Assembly: GCA_964401335.1 (NCBI GenBank)
Contig: CAYNYK010000006.1
Coordinates: 11,734-75,733 of the forward strand
DNA length: 64,000 nucleotides
Direction: 5' to 3'
Origin: an uncultured Planctomycetales bacterium
GTDB lineage: Bacteria; Planctomycetota; Phycisphaerae; UBA1845; PWPN01
Shown here: piece by piece, positions 1 through 8,103 of the stretch
Numbering within the stretch: the stretch's first letter is position 1
How the letters are laid out: the number at the start of each line of letters is the position of its first letter
The notes under the pieces: model-generated
Databases searched by the model: none
Seen by the model: only the letters and a program-made list of their open reading frames with translations
Told to the model about the DNA's origin: nothing
Program-made: the position numbers and the translations under genes

Positions 1-327
1 CTGGAAGCGATCATCCCCGCAAGGAAGAACGCCGTCACCCGGACAATAACTTGCCATCCCGTACAACGAAGTTCCATGTTAAATCGCATGTCTACGTCTC
101 CTACGATTCGTGACCGGCCCCCGCGGGTTTGAAAGGACTATTTCCAACATGATATTCCTGCAAATCCAGTTCACGCCGTTACCGGCCCATCATCCACGCG
201 GGCAACATCATCTGTCAAGTATTTTCCGCATAGACATCACCCGCCCCCGAATCGTTCCGTTTTGTGTCCAGTGGTTATATCATTGGATTAAAAGAATTTT
301 GTCGGCCTTTCTGGGAGGTAGTGGTAT

Positions 328-1332
328 ATGAAAAAGGATCAGGCGATACAGATCAATCGGCGCAGTTTCCTGCGGACCGGTGGAATAGCCTTGAGCGGCG
401 GGGCTGCCTGGCTCGGTGCTGGGCAGGCCCGGGCAGCGGACACCGTAACCGCCGAGGACCGCGCCGAGAAGATGACCATTCCCGTCTGGTATTACCAGCA
501 GCACGACGCCGACTACAAGCTGGCCGTGCCCGAGCAAGGGTTCGGCGGCTGGAAAAAGACCGAGTTGGAATTTTCGCGCAAGCATACGGCCGTCGTCATC
601 ATGCACGCCTGGGACCTGGGCTCCCCCGAACAGTTTCCCGGATGGTGGCGTGGGGTACCCTATGCGCCCCGTGCGGAAAAGATCGACCGTGAGATCTTTC
701 CGCCGCTGTTGAAGGCGGTACGTGAATCAGGGCTGCCTCTCTTTCATGGGGTGGGCGGCGGTGATTACTACAAGAATCTGCCGGGCTATCGCCGCGCGGT
801 CGCTCTGGCCGGCGCGGAACCTGAACCGCTTGAAAAGGTCGTCGTTGATCCGCTTCGGTCCAGGCTTGACCGCTTCCGCGCGGACCATATCTTCCCCGGC
901 CGGCACAACCAGGAGGATTTCAAGAAAGGTTTCGCCCGGCTGGATTTCAGCCCGCAGGCCCGTCCCGTCGACGCCGAGGGTATCGCGGAGAACGCCCGGC
1001 AACTGTTGGCCTTGTGCAGGGAACACCGCATCAATCATCTGGTCTACCTCGGCTTCGCGATCAACTGGTGCATGCTGCTTTCGCCCGGGGGCATGGCGGA
1101 TATGAGTCGCCACGGCCTGATGTGTTCCGTCCTGCGTCAGGCCACCACGGCCGTCGAAAACAAGGAAAGCGCCCCCCAAGAACTCCCCAAGGAACTGGCC
1201 TTGTGGCGCGTGAGCGTGGGTTTCGGCTTCGTGTTCGACGTGGACGATTTCATCGGGGGAAAAGACCTGCATAACCCGGATAATTCACCATGGAACCCCG
1301 CCCAGACCGGTCTCCGTGGTCAAATCCGATGA
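328..1332 (+). CDS. Tat-exported protein, isochorismatase/cysteine-hydrolase-like (function uncertain)
   Basis: ATG preceded by a gggagg SD. Twin-arginine signal INRRSFLRTGG...GAGQARA. TAVVIMHAWD and LGFAINWCM resemble isochorismatase-family motifs. The last ~19 codons and the stop lie inside repeat 1275-1342. Confidence 0.65.
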   Translation: MKKDQAIQINRRSFLRTGGIALSGGAAWLGAGQARAADTVTAEDRAEKMTIPVWYYQQHDADYKLAVPEQGFGGWKKTELEFSRKHTAVVIMHAWDLGSPEQFPGWWRGVPYAPRAEKIDREIFPPLLKAVRESGLPLFHGVGGGDYYKNLPGYRRAVALAGAEPEPLEKVVVDPLRSRLDRFRADHIFPGRHNQEDFKKGFARLDFSPQARPVDAEGIAENARQLLALCREHRINHLVYLGFAINWCMLLSPGGMADMSRHGLMCSVLRQATTAVENKESAPQELPKELALWRVSVGFGFVFDVDDFIGGKDLHNPDNSPWNPAQTGLRGQIR

Positions 1333-1342
1333 ATAATCCGGG
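1275..1342. repeat. Palindromic element family 2, short (68 nt) form, copy A
   Basis: CCCGGATAATTCACCATGGAA...GGTCTCCGTGGTCAAATCCGATGAATAATCCGGG. About 58/68 positions match copy B at 22472-22539 by eye. The terminal arms are inverted repeats. Confidence 0.8.
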
Positions 1343-1382
1343 CTATTTACCTCACACCGGCCTTGCGGATTTTCGATATTAA

Positions 1383-1402
1383 GTGTACACTTATAGTGTA
1401 CA
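1383..1402 (+). promoter_or_regulatory. Putative antitoxin operator (two TGTACA-core palindromes)
   Basis: GTGTACAC ttat AGTGTACA lies directly upstream of the aggag SD and the ATG at 1419. This is a typical position for TA autoregulation. Confidence 0.4.
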
Positions 1403-1418
1403 TTTAGGAGATGAGCCC

Positions 1419-1673
1419 ATGAAGGCGTCTTTTCTCGACCTGCGTAAACGCACCAGCGAAATCCTACAAGCCTTGGATCGTAATGAGTCGATCACCGTCC
1501 TCTACCGTGGTCGGCCCAAAGCGATCATGCAACCGGTCCAAAAGGACAACCGGTCAGGCGGGGTCAAAGCTAAGGACCAACCGGCCTTTGGAATCTGGGC
1601 GGACCGGAAGGATTTGAAGGACGTAGCCGCCCACGTGCGTCGCCTGCGACGAGGGCGATTCGATGTTGATTGA
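1419..1673 (+). CDS. Type II antitoxin, Phd/YefM family
   Basis: MKASFLDLRKRTSEILQALDRNESITVLYRGRPKAIMQPV is a Phd/YefM-like N-terminus. SD aggag is 8 nt upstream. The gene overlaps the downstream PIN gene by 11 nt. Confidence 0.8.
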   Translation: MKASFLDLRKRTSEILQALDRNESITVLYRGRPKAIMQPVQKDNRSGGVKAKDQPAFGIWADRKDLKDVAAHVRRLRRGRFDVD

Positions 1674-2040
1674 TACCGATGTGCTGATCTGGTTTTTTCG
1701 TGGAAATCGCAGGGCCGCCGAGGCCGTCGATGCCGCCGATGCACGGACCATTTCCGTAATCACCTATATGGAATTGCTGCAAGGCGTGCGCGACAAGGGC
1801 GAGATGAAAACCATCAAGAGTTTTTTGGCTGACCTGCGATTCCGACTGCTTCCCTTGAGCGAGAACATCGGCCATCGGGCCTCGATTTACCTCGAGGAAT
1901 ACGGGCTGGCTTTCGCGATGCACATGGCCGACGCCCTGATCGCCGCGACGGCCGTGGAGCATCATGAAATATTGCTCACCGGAGATCGGAAACACTACAA
2001 GCCGATCAAAGAACTGGAGAAAGTCGTGTTCCGTCCATAA
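1663..2040 (+). CDS. vapC: PIN-domain toxin (VapC-like ribonuclease)
   Basis: MLIDTDVLIWFFRGN carries the first PIN acidic residue in the (L)IDTDV motif. About 125 aa. The start overlaps the antitoxin stop region. Confidence 0.85.
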   Translation: MLIDTDVLIWFFRGNRRAAEAVDAADARTISVITYMELLQGVRDKGEMKTIKSFLADLRFRLLPLSENIGHRASIYLEEYGLAFAMHMADALIAATAVEHHEILLTGDRKHYKPIKELEKVVFRP

Positions 2041-2138
2041 ATCATCCGATCGGACTCGTGGCGAACGCGCCGCCGCAAACAGCATTATCCGCCACATCAC
2101 CTTAAAACGCGAATCTTAAACCAAGACGGACGCTTTAT

Positions 2139-2323
2139 CCCGGATTATTCATCGGGTTTTACCACGGAGACACAGGAGTCACGGAGAAGAAAGAACTTAG
2201 GTTAAGAAATCGAGGATGGATATGGCCGCAGAGTGCTTATAAGCCATCCGGCCGGAACAGGCATTTTATCTATCCCTTAAGCCAACCTCCGTGTCTCAGT
2301 GCCTCCGTGGTGAATTATCCGGG
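2139..2323. repeat. Palindromic element family 2, long (~185 nt) form, copy C
   Basis: Left arm CCCGGATTATTCATCGGGTTTTACCACGGAG and right arm CTCCGTGGTGAATTATCCGGG. A nested second pair CACGGAG / CTCCGTG flanks ~100 nt of lower-GC sequence. Confidence 0.75.
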
Positions 2324-3523
2324 TTATTCCGGTGACAACAACACGTAGGCAACTCCGCCGTTGTCCAGCCAGGCCCGTTTCATTTCGTCAGCACGGTAGG
2401 CGATCTGGCCCGCGGCCGCCGTTTTCGCGCCGGGATCGTTGACCAGAATGTCACCGTGCTCGTCAAACCCGACGATCACCAGAAGATGACCGGTCGAGGA
2501 GCGGTAAGGCGCACCGGTCAATCCGCCGGGCGGGAAACGGAGGCTGACAATCAATGGTTGATCGCGGGCGATGAACCGCTTCACCTCGTCCCAGTCACCG
2601 ATCCGCGTCAAGTAGCCCGGCACACCCTGACTGAAGGCCGCCTGGATGGCCCGCGACCAGTTTCCGAAGGTCTGGTATTCGGCATCCCAGACCAAAGCGC
2701 ACAGTTGCTCCGTGGTGCGGTTCACGCCCCGATACTCCATGACCATGCCCAGCGCGGTGGGACTGCAAATTCGTCCACGCAAAGCAGGATCATCCGTTGC
2801 CTGACTACGAAAGGGCACCGGTAACCGGCATTGCCAGCGCGACGCCGGCGGTGGATCAAGCAATCGCCGATGTTGTCGATACAGGGCTTCATCGCCGAGC
2901 GTGTGGCTGCAAACGACGGCAAAGCGATGAAGTTGTGGCATTGCTCGCCCCGGACCGTCGGCCAAACGGAGGCGGTATTGCAGGCGGTCGAAGAGTTTAC
3001 GCGAGACAAAATAATCAACGTTGACCCGACCGTCGTCGTCGCGAATAATTTTATCCGGCGGTAACGGCACGTGGCCAAAACCGCCGAACCCGTACCAGCT
3101 TGTCCAACGCTTGTCGTTGGCCAGACCCAAACGCAGCTCGACGTAAAATTCGGCCCCTTCCGGCACCCGCACATTCCATGAAGGGAGCACCTCGTTGAAG
3201 GGAAAGGCCGGGCGAATGATCCGAGACGTATAAACCGCGCCGATGTTTTCACCATTCTCGGCCGCTCGTGAATCAAGGCCGGGGGCCTCATCGACCATCG
3301 TCTCGTGCAGGTCGAAACCGGAGGAGCGCAACCGGTTTTCGACGGACGGTGCTTGTTCGGGTGCCGGTGCGGAAGCGGAAAACCCTTCGGCGACATCGCC
3401 TCCAATAACAGGCATACCGGCCGTAAGAAGGGTTAATATAATGATGGTAACCGCGCCGCACATCCTATTGCCTTTCCATAGCTCTCGATCGGTATTTACA
3501 CTGAACGTTTTCCTCGCCGGCAA
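2324..3523 (-). CDS. Secreted peptidase C39-like (papain-fold) domain protein
   Basis: N-terminal hydrophobic signal (AVTIIILTLLTAGMPVIGG). C-terminal half has the C39_2-type Cys motif ICSPTALGMVMEY and His motif GHLLVIVGFDEHGDILVNDPG. Confidence 0.75.
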   Translation of the reverse strand: MPARKTFSVNTDRELWKGNRMCGAVTIIILTLLTAGMPVIGGDVAEGFSASAPAPEQAPSVENRLRSSGFDLHETMVDEAPGLDSRAAENGENIGAVYTSRIIRPAFPFNEVLPSWNVRVPEGAEFYVELRLGLANDKRWTSWYGFGGFGHVPLPPDKIIRDDDGRVNVDYFVSRKLFDRLQYRLRLADGPGRAMPQLHRFAVVCSHTLGDEALYRQHRRLLDPPPASRWQCRLPVPFRSQATDDPALRGRICSPTALGMVMEYRGVNRTTEQLCALVWDAEYQTFGNWSRAIQAAFSQGVPGYLTRIGDWDEVKRFIARDQPLIVSLRFPPGGLTGAPYRSSTGHLLVIVGFDEHGDILVNDPGAKTAAAGQIAYRADEMKRAWLDNGGVAYVLLSPE

Positions 3524-3644
3524 TATGTTTATGGGGTCAATTATCCTATCGTGGTATCATTTTACACGTATAATCATCGTCCAGGGCTTACGCTTCCTTA
3601 TACAAATCGACAAAGTATTGCCATTTTGATATCTTCGGCCTAAA

Positions 3645-4769
3645 ATGGGGAAATTCTATACCATGTCCCGATACGCCAAGGAGCAATTGCAGATGAATAG
3701 ATGCACAAAATGTATCATTCCGGAAGGTTATCCCAAGATCACCTTCGATGCCCAGGGCGTATGCAGTCTGTGTCGGAATCACCAGCCGTTTAAGGCCCCC
3801 CTGGGGGAGGAGAGGTTAAGGGAGGTACTGGCCTCGGAACCGCGCAACGGACCTTATGACTGCGTCGTTCCGCTCAGCGGCGGCAAAGACAGCACGTATA
3901 TCCTTTACCATGCGGTGAAGAAGCTAGGATTACGGGTGGTTGCATTTTACTACGATGGTCGATACCAGCATCCTCTGGCCATCGAGAATGTGCAAAAGGC
4001 CTGCCAAAGCCTAAACGTGCCTCTCGAAACGCTTACCAGTCCTTTCGGAGTCCGCCGGCGTATTCTGCGTCAGACCATCAAGCTGTCCCGAAAATATGGT
4101 GCCCGCTTCAATACCTGCGCCAATTGCGAAATGATCATCCGGGTCAACACCATTCGCGTGGCCCGAAAATTCAATGTGCCTTTCGTCCTTTATGGAAGCA
4201 CCGTGGCCGAATCATCGATGCCCGCCGAGCGATTCTACAGCGGTCGTCGTCGCAACCTGTTTCAACGTTTAATGAGCCTGGCACGGAAATCGATGTCGCC
4301 TAAAAAGCTGATAACTTACCTGTGGATGACCCCACAATTGCTCGCCTTCCACGTGTATTGTGGGTGGCAATTATGGCTCCTGCACGCGCCGTTTAAGTAT
4401 GTACTCTTCCCGTTATCTACCATGTCCTTTACGGAGCAAAATCCACGTTTTATCCGCTTTTATGACTATGTTCCCTGGGATGTCCAGGCCAGCCTGAAAA
4501 CTCTTGAAAACGAGCTGGGCTGGCGGCATCCGCCGGAAAAGGATATGCGTTTTGATTGTTGTCTGAACGCGCTTGTGGATTACGACTATATCCGCAAAAC
4601 AAACATATCCCATAATGGGGAAATCATGTGCAAGCTGATTCGGGAGGGAACCCTGACCCGTGAACAGGCCTTGGAACGTGAGGAACGCATTCTTCAGACC
4701 GCAGAGCCGGACTGCCTGCACTTAATTGAATCGCTGGATTTGAAGAACGCGAAAACCCCTATTTGGTAA
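3645..4769 (+). CDS. N-acetyl sugar amidotransferase (PP-loop ATP pyrophosphatase, WbuX/LPS-type)
   Basis: N-terminal zinc ribbon CTKCIIPEGYPKITFDAQGVCSLCRNH followed by PP-loop VPLSGGKDSTYILYH. GC is visibly lower than in neighbouring genes. The start could be 3645, 3663 or 3693. Confidence 0.75.
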   Translation: MGKFYTMSRYAKEQLQMNRCTKCIIPEGYPKITFDAQGVCSLCRNHQPFKAPLGEERLREVLASEPRNGPYDCVVPLSGGKDSTYILYHAVKKLGLRVVAFYYDGRYQHPLAIENVQKACQSLNVPLETLTSPFGVRRRILRQTIKLSRKYGARFNTCANCEMIIRVNTIRVARKFNVPFVLYGSTVAESSMPAERFYSGRRRNLFQRLMSLARKSMSPKKLITYLWMTPQLLAFHVYCGWQLWLLHAPFKYVLFPLSTMSFTEQNPRFIRFYDYVPWDVQASLKTLENELGWRHPPEKDMRFDCCLNALVDYDYIRKTNISHNGEIMCKLIREGTLTREQALEREERILQTAEPDCLHLIESLDLKNAKTPIW

Positions 4770-5039
4770 TCCTCTCATAGCAGGCCACATCAACTCACGG
4801 GCATCGCAGCGTCCGAATAATCTCAGAGAGGCAGAATCCGTAACTCAAATTAGGGTGGCGCGCATCATGGAACGTTAGGATTTCGCCGGTATTCGTTGGT
4901 ACGGCGGGGTCGGCGGCACTTATAGGGTTTCAGGATGCTCTGTTATTCAAGCCCCTCCACGCCTGCACCTCAAGACCCGATCCCCAAGCACCGATACGCA
5001 AAAGGGAGTATTTTCCCAAACAAACAGGACAGGTGCCGC

Positions 5040-6404
5040 ATGTACGTAAGCCCACAGTGGAAACGTTCCGATAACTCGTCATCCTCCGCGACGGCCGTGC
5101 TGGAACCGCCGAAGGCCGAGGCTCCCGAGCCATCAAATGATGCCTTCAAGCCGATGCCTCCCAAATCCCTGGCCGAGGCCGGGTTGACCAATGAAATGGT
5201 CGACGCCCTGATTTTCAAATACCTCTTGACTACTGGCTCAGCTCTCGGCGCCCTGATCGCCCGAGCTCTGGCCTTACCCCACCCGTTGATCGTGGAACGG
5301 CTGGCCGACCTCAAACAACAGCAATTGGCCGGTTACGCCGGCGCCGGCTCGCTTGGCGATTTTACCTACACCCTTACCGATGCAGGACGCGACCGAGCCC
5401 GTCGGCTCATGGAGGAAAGCATGTACCTGGGGGCCGCTCCCGTGCCGCTGGCCACCTATTGCCAGGCGGTCAAGGCCCAATCCATCACCCATGAAAAACC
5501 CGACCGTGAAGATCTTGAACGGGCCTTCGCGGACCTGCTGATCAACGAAAAAATGTTCGCCACCCTCGGGCCGGCCATCAACTCCGGGCGCGGCATGTTC
5601 CTGTACGGTTTTCCGGGTAACGGTAAAACCAGTATCGCCGAACGTATCACCCACTGCTTCGGCAGCGAAATCTACATACCCTACGCCATTCACGTCGACG
5701 GCTTTATCATCAAACTTTTCGACGCTGAAATTCACGAAAAAATCCCCCAGCCGACAGGCGGCATCCTCAAAACCGAGCAACTCGATGAACGCTGGGTCAA
5801 AATCAAACGCCCCACCGTCGTGGTCGGCGGCGAACTGACTATGGACCAGCTTGAAATCCGCTATAACACTACCACCAAGGTCAGCGAGGCCTCCATCCAA
5901 CTCAAGAGCAATTGCGGCACCCTGGTCATCGACGACTTCGGGCGCCAGCGCATGAACCCCTTTGAATTGCTCAACCGCTGGATCGTGCCGCTCGAAAAAC
6001 GTTTTGACTTCCTCTCTCTGGCCAACGGCATCAAAATCCAGGTGCCGTTCGACCAGTTGCTGATTTTCTCCACCAACTTGGAGCCGAAAGACCTCGTCGA
6101 CGACGCCTTCCTTCGCCGAATTCCATACAAGATCGAGGTGACCAACCCCTCGGAAGAGGAATTTCGCGAATTGTTCAAGATCATGTGCAGGATCATCGGC
6201 TTTGAGCACCGAGAGGATTTGATCTCCGAACTGATTGACAAGCATTATCACCAGACCGGCCGGCCTTTCCGTTGCTGCCAGCCTCGCGACCTGCTCCTGT
6301 TGGCCAAGAATCAATGCCAGTATAACCACCTGCCGCTCGAATTGACCCGCGAAAACCTCGATTTCGCGGTCAGCGTTTATTTCACGGCCATGGAAGGAAC
6401 GTAA
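5040..6404 (+). CDS. AAA+ ATPase with N-terminal helical (wHTH-like) domain
   Basis: Walker A FLYGFPGNGKTSIAERI, Walker B TLVIDDFGRQ, and sensor/Arg region IFSTNLEP..DDAFLRRIPYKIEV. ATG 5040 is preferred over the ORF-track start at 4935. Confidence 0.75.
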   Translation: MYVSPQWKRSDNSSSSATAVLEPPKAEAPEPSNDAFKPMPPKSLAEAGLTNEMVDALIFKYLLTTGSALGALIARALALPHPLIVERLADLKQQQLAGYAGAGSLGDFTYTLTDAGRDRARRLMEESMYLGAAPVPLATYCQAVKAQSITHEKPDREDLERAFADLLINEKMFATLGPAINSGRGMFLYGFPGNGKTSIAERITHCFGSEIYIPYAIHVDGFIIKLFDAEIHEKIPQPTGGILKTEQLDERWVKIKRPTVVVGGELTMDQLEIRYNTTTKVSEASIQLKSNCGTLVIDDFGRQRMNPFELLNRWIVPLEKRFDFLSLANGIKIQVPFDQLLIFSTNLEPKDLVDDAFLRRIPYKIEVTNPSEEEFRELFKIMCRIIGFEHREDLISELIDKHYHQTGRPFRCCQPRDLLLLAKNQCQYNHLPLELTRENLDFAVSVYFTAMEGT

Positions 6405-6567
6405 GCCGGCCTATACCCTGCTTCATCCTGATTAACGTGCCCTCAAAGCCACAAACCGCTATAATCATTTTTGTTGCGCCCATGCAACCGGATCATGGCT
6501 GCGTTAGGGAATCCTGTCGCGTGATCCGCTTGATGAAACAAACCGGATTCCCGCTTCGAGTTAAAAA

Positions 6568-6993
6568 ATGAGCGACCAGAAGTGGTACATGGGAGGATTG
6601 CGTTTTTCCTGCACCCAATGCGGCCATTGCTGCACCGGCGCGCCCGGCTACGTCTGGGTCAGCCGCGAGGAAATCCGCCGCATCGCCGAGTTCCTCGATA
6701 AGGACGAACCATGGCTGGGCAAGGACCACCTGCGTCGGGTGGGTTTCAAGTATTCGCTCACGGAACGAGCCAACGGCGATTGCATCTTCCTGAGTTCCGA
6801 CGGCAAAGGCGGCCGCGGATGCAGTATTTACCCGGTTAGGCCGCTGCAATGCCGCACCTGGCCCTTCTGGTCGCATAATCTGAAGTCCCCGGCCCATTGG
6901 CGCCAGGCCGGCGAAAACTGCCCCGGTATGAACAACGGCAAGGAATACGACTTCGAGCAGATCGAGCAAATCCGGCTCCAGAAGTCATGGTAA
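6568..6993 (+). CDS. YkgJ/UPF0153 family cysteine-cluster (putative Fe-S/Zn) protein
   Basis: CxxCxxCC motif FSCTQCGHCCTG plus C-terminal Cys residues (GCSIYPVRPLQCRTWPFW). Confidence 0.75.
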   Translation: MSDQKWYMGGLRFSCTQCGHCCTGAPGYVWVSREEIRRIAEFLDKDEPWLGKDHLRRVGFKYSLTERANGDCIFLSSDGKGGRGCSIYPVRPLQCRTWPFWSHNLKSPAHWRQAGENCPGMNNGKEYDFEQIEQIRLQKSW

Positions 6994-7487
6994 ACGCACC
7001 CGAGGCCAGCATCCTTTTGCCTGTGAACAACGACGATTTCTGTTATGCCGTCCTCTCCGAAATCGCTGCGCGTCCTGAAATCGCGGTGGCCATGGAAACT
7101 TTCTACCGGCAACTCGATCGGGAGATCGCCAGTCATAACCCCATCTGCCGAAACCGTGGCCTATGCTGCGATTTCGAGCGGTGGGGCCACCGCCTCTATG
7201 TCACCACTCTGGAGATTGCCTATTTCCTGGGCGGAATCGAAACGCTTCCCGCGATTGGTGCGGATCGCTGCCCCTTCATCATCGACGGCCAATGCGCGGC
7301 GCGTTCGCGACGCCCGATGGGCTGCCGGATTTTCTACTGCGACCCGGTTGCTAAGGATTGGCAAGGCCCGCTCACCGAACAATACCTCGCCCACCTGCGC
7401 GACCTGCATGTGAAATTAAACGTGCCCTACCTGTATATGGATTGGATGGCCGTCCTGAAACACCTGTATACAAAACGCGCATCTTGA
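6987..7487 (+). CDS. YkgJ-like cysteine-cluster protein (second paralogue)
   Basis: The ATG overlaps the upstream stop (ATGGTAA). Cys motifs CRNRGLCCDFERWG, CPFIIDGQCAAR and GCRIFYCD. Confidence 0.65.
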   Translation: MVNAPEASILLPVNNDDFCYAVLSEIAARPEIAVAMETFYRQLDREIASHNPICRNRGLCCDFERWGHRLYVTTLEIAYFLGGIETLPAIGADRCPFIIDGQCAARSRRPMGCRIFYCDPVAKDWQGPLTEQYLAHLRDLHVKLNVPYLYMDWMAVLKHLYTKRAS

Positions 7488-7784
7488 AATCTGCATTGCT
7501 CCTTCAATCCCGACACCCCCGGCACGGAAGGGGCGAGGCGAAGTCCTCCTTGCCGATAGACGTCACGGAATCATTGCTGAATCCAGACAAATAGATTCCC
7601 CTAATATGCCAAAGCATAATGAGCGGCGGTTGCGGACATGCCATCCGGCAATCGATTCAACATTTCAGCCTCTATGCCAGGGACGCGGAGGGGAGAGATT
7701 CCCCAAGGGATAAGGGCCACCCCCAAGCCTTTATCCCATTTTTATGTGAGGTACGGACATACTCGTGAATTAAGTAGTGGCCGG

Positions 7785-7842
7785 GTGGCATGGGCAGGTT
7801 CGATCCCGTTGTGGTTTAACGGGATCGAACCTGCCCGTGCAT
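7785..7842 (+). repeat. Hairpin repeat family 1, variant copy
   Basis: GGTGGCATGGGCAGGTTCGATCCCGTT gtggttt AACGGGATCGAACCTGCCCGTGC. 23-bp stem with a single T:G wobble on the + strand. Confidence 0.8.
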
Positions 7843-8103
7843 CGCTCCGACGATGAAAGCTTTTATCGCCCGCTTTTTCTCGCAAAATTAACAAGGCGGG
7901 TCACTCCATTCTGCCATCGAAAGAAAAGCGGCGTAGCGGCCGCCGCACTCCAAAACACAACAGCTACGGCACCGCAATCAACAGTTAGCGCCGACTTATC
8001 CATTACACGATCGGAGCATCATTCCGACGCCACCTTGCGGCTGCTGTCATCCCGGACCATAATTGTATACGCTGGACCACGGCGTATTTGTAAGGATGGT
8101 TCC

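Noticed and set aside
1-129. Edge ORFs: a plus-strand frame open from position 1 to the TGA at 127-129, and a minus-strand ORF starting at ATG 90 or 78 and running off the left edge (MRFNMELRCTGWQVIVRVTAFFLAGMIAS..).
   Set aside because: Only ~30-40 codons are visible and the two candidates are mutually exclusive. Neither has a recognisable motif, so they cannot be resolved without the upstream sequence.
5274-6329. Long antisense ORFs opposite well-supported genes. Examples: 5274-6329(-), 9743-10792(+), 10885-11739(+), 12828-13916(+), 15236-16303(+), 36055-37086(+), 41188-42420(-), 50700-51896(-), 54510-55841(-), 59676-60917(-).
   Set aside because: They are shadow ORFs typical of high-GC DNA. 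Their translations are Arg/Gly/Pro/Ala-rich and low in complexity, with no motifs. The opposite strand carries strongly recognisable proteins.
7791-7812. tRNA-like GGTTCGATCCC sequence.
   Set aside because: It is part of the family-1 hairpin stem. No acceptor, D or anticodon arms can be folded around it.
7891-7912. Shared 12-mer AGGCGGGTCACT upstream of the PIG-L gene (7891-7902) and upstream of pilM (25898-25909).
   Set aside because: There are only two occurrences of a short word ~200 nt upstream of unrelated genes. This could be chance and needs genome-wide motif statistics.
7777-8103. N-terminal extensions of ORF-track ORFs: 7777 for the PIG-L gene, 23671 for the symporter, 37550 for the hydrolase, 4935 for the AAA+ ATPase, and 16581-17558, 35821-37296 and 45830-46579 on the minus strand.
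   Set aside because: The extensions cross repeats or non-protein-like sequence. Internal ATG codons with SD-like sequences coincide with the start of homology or with signal peptides.
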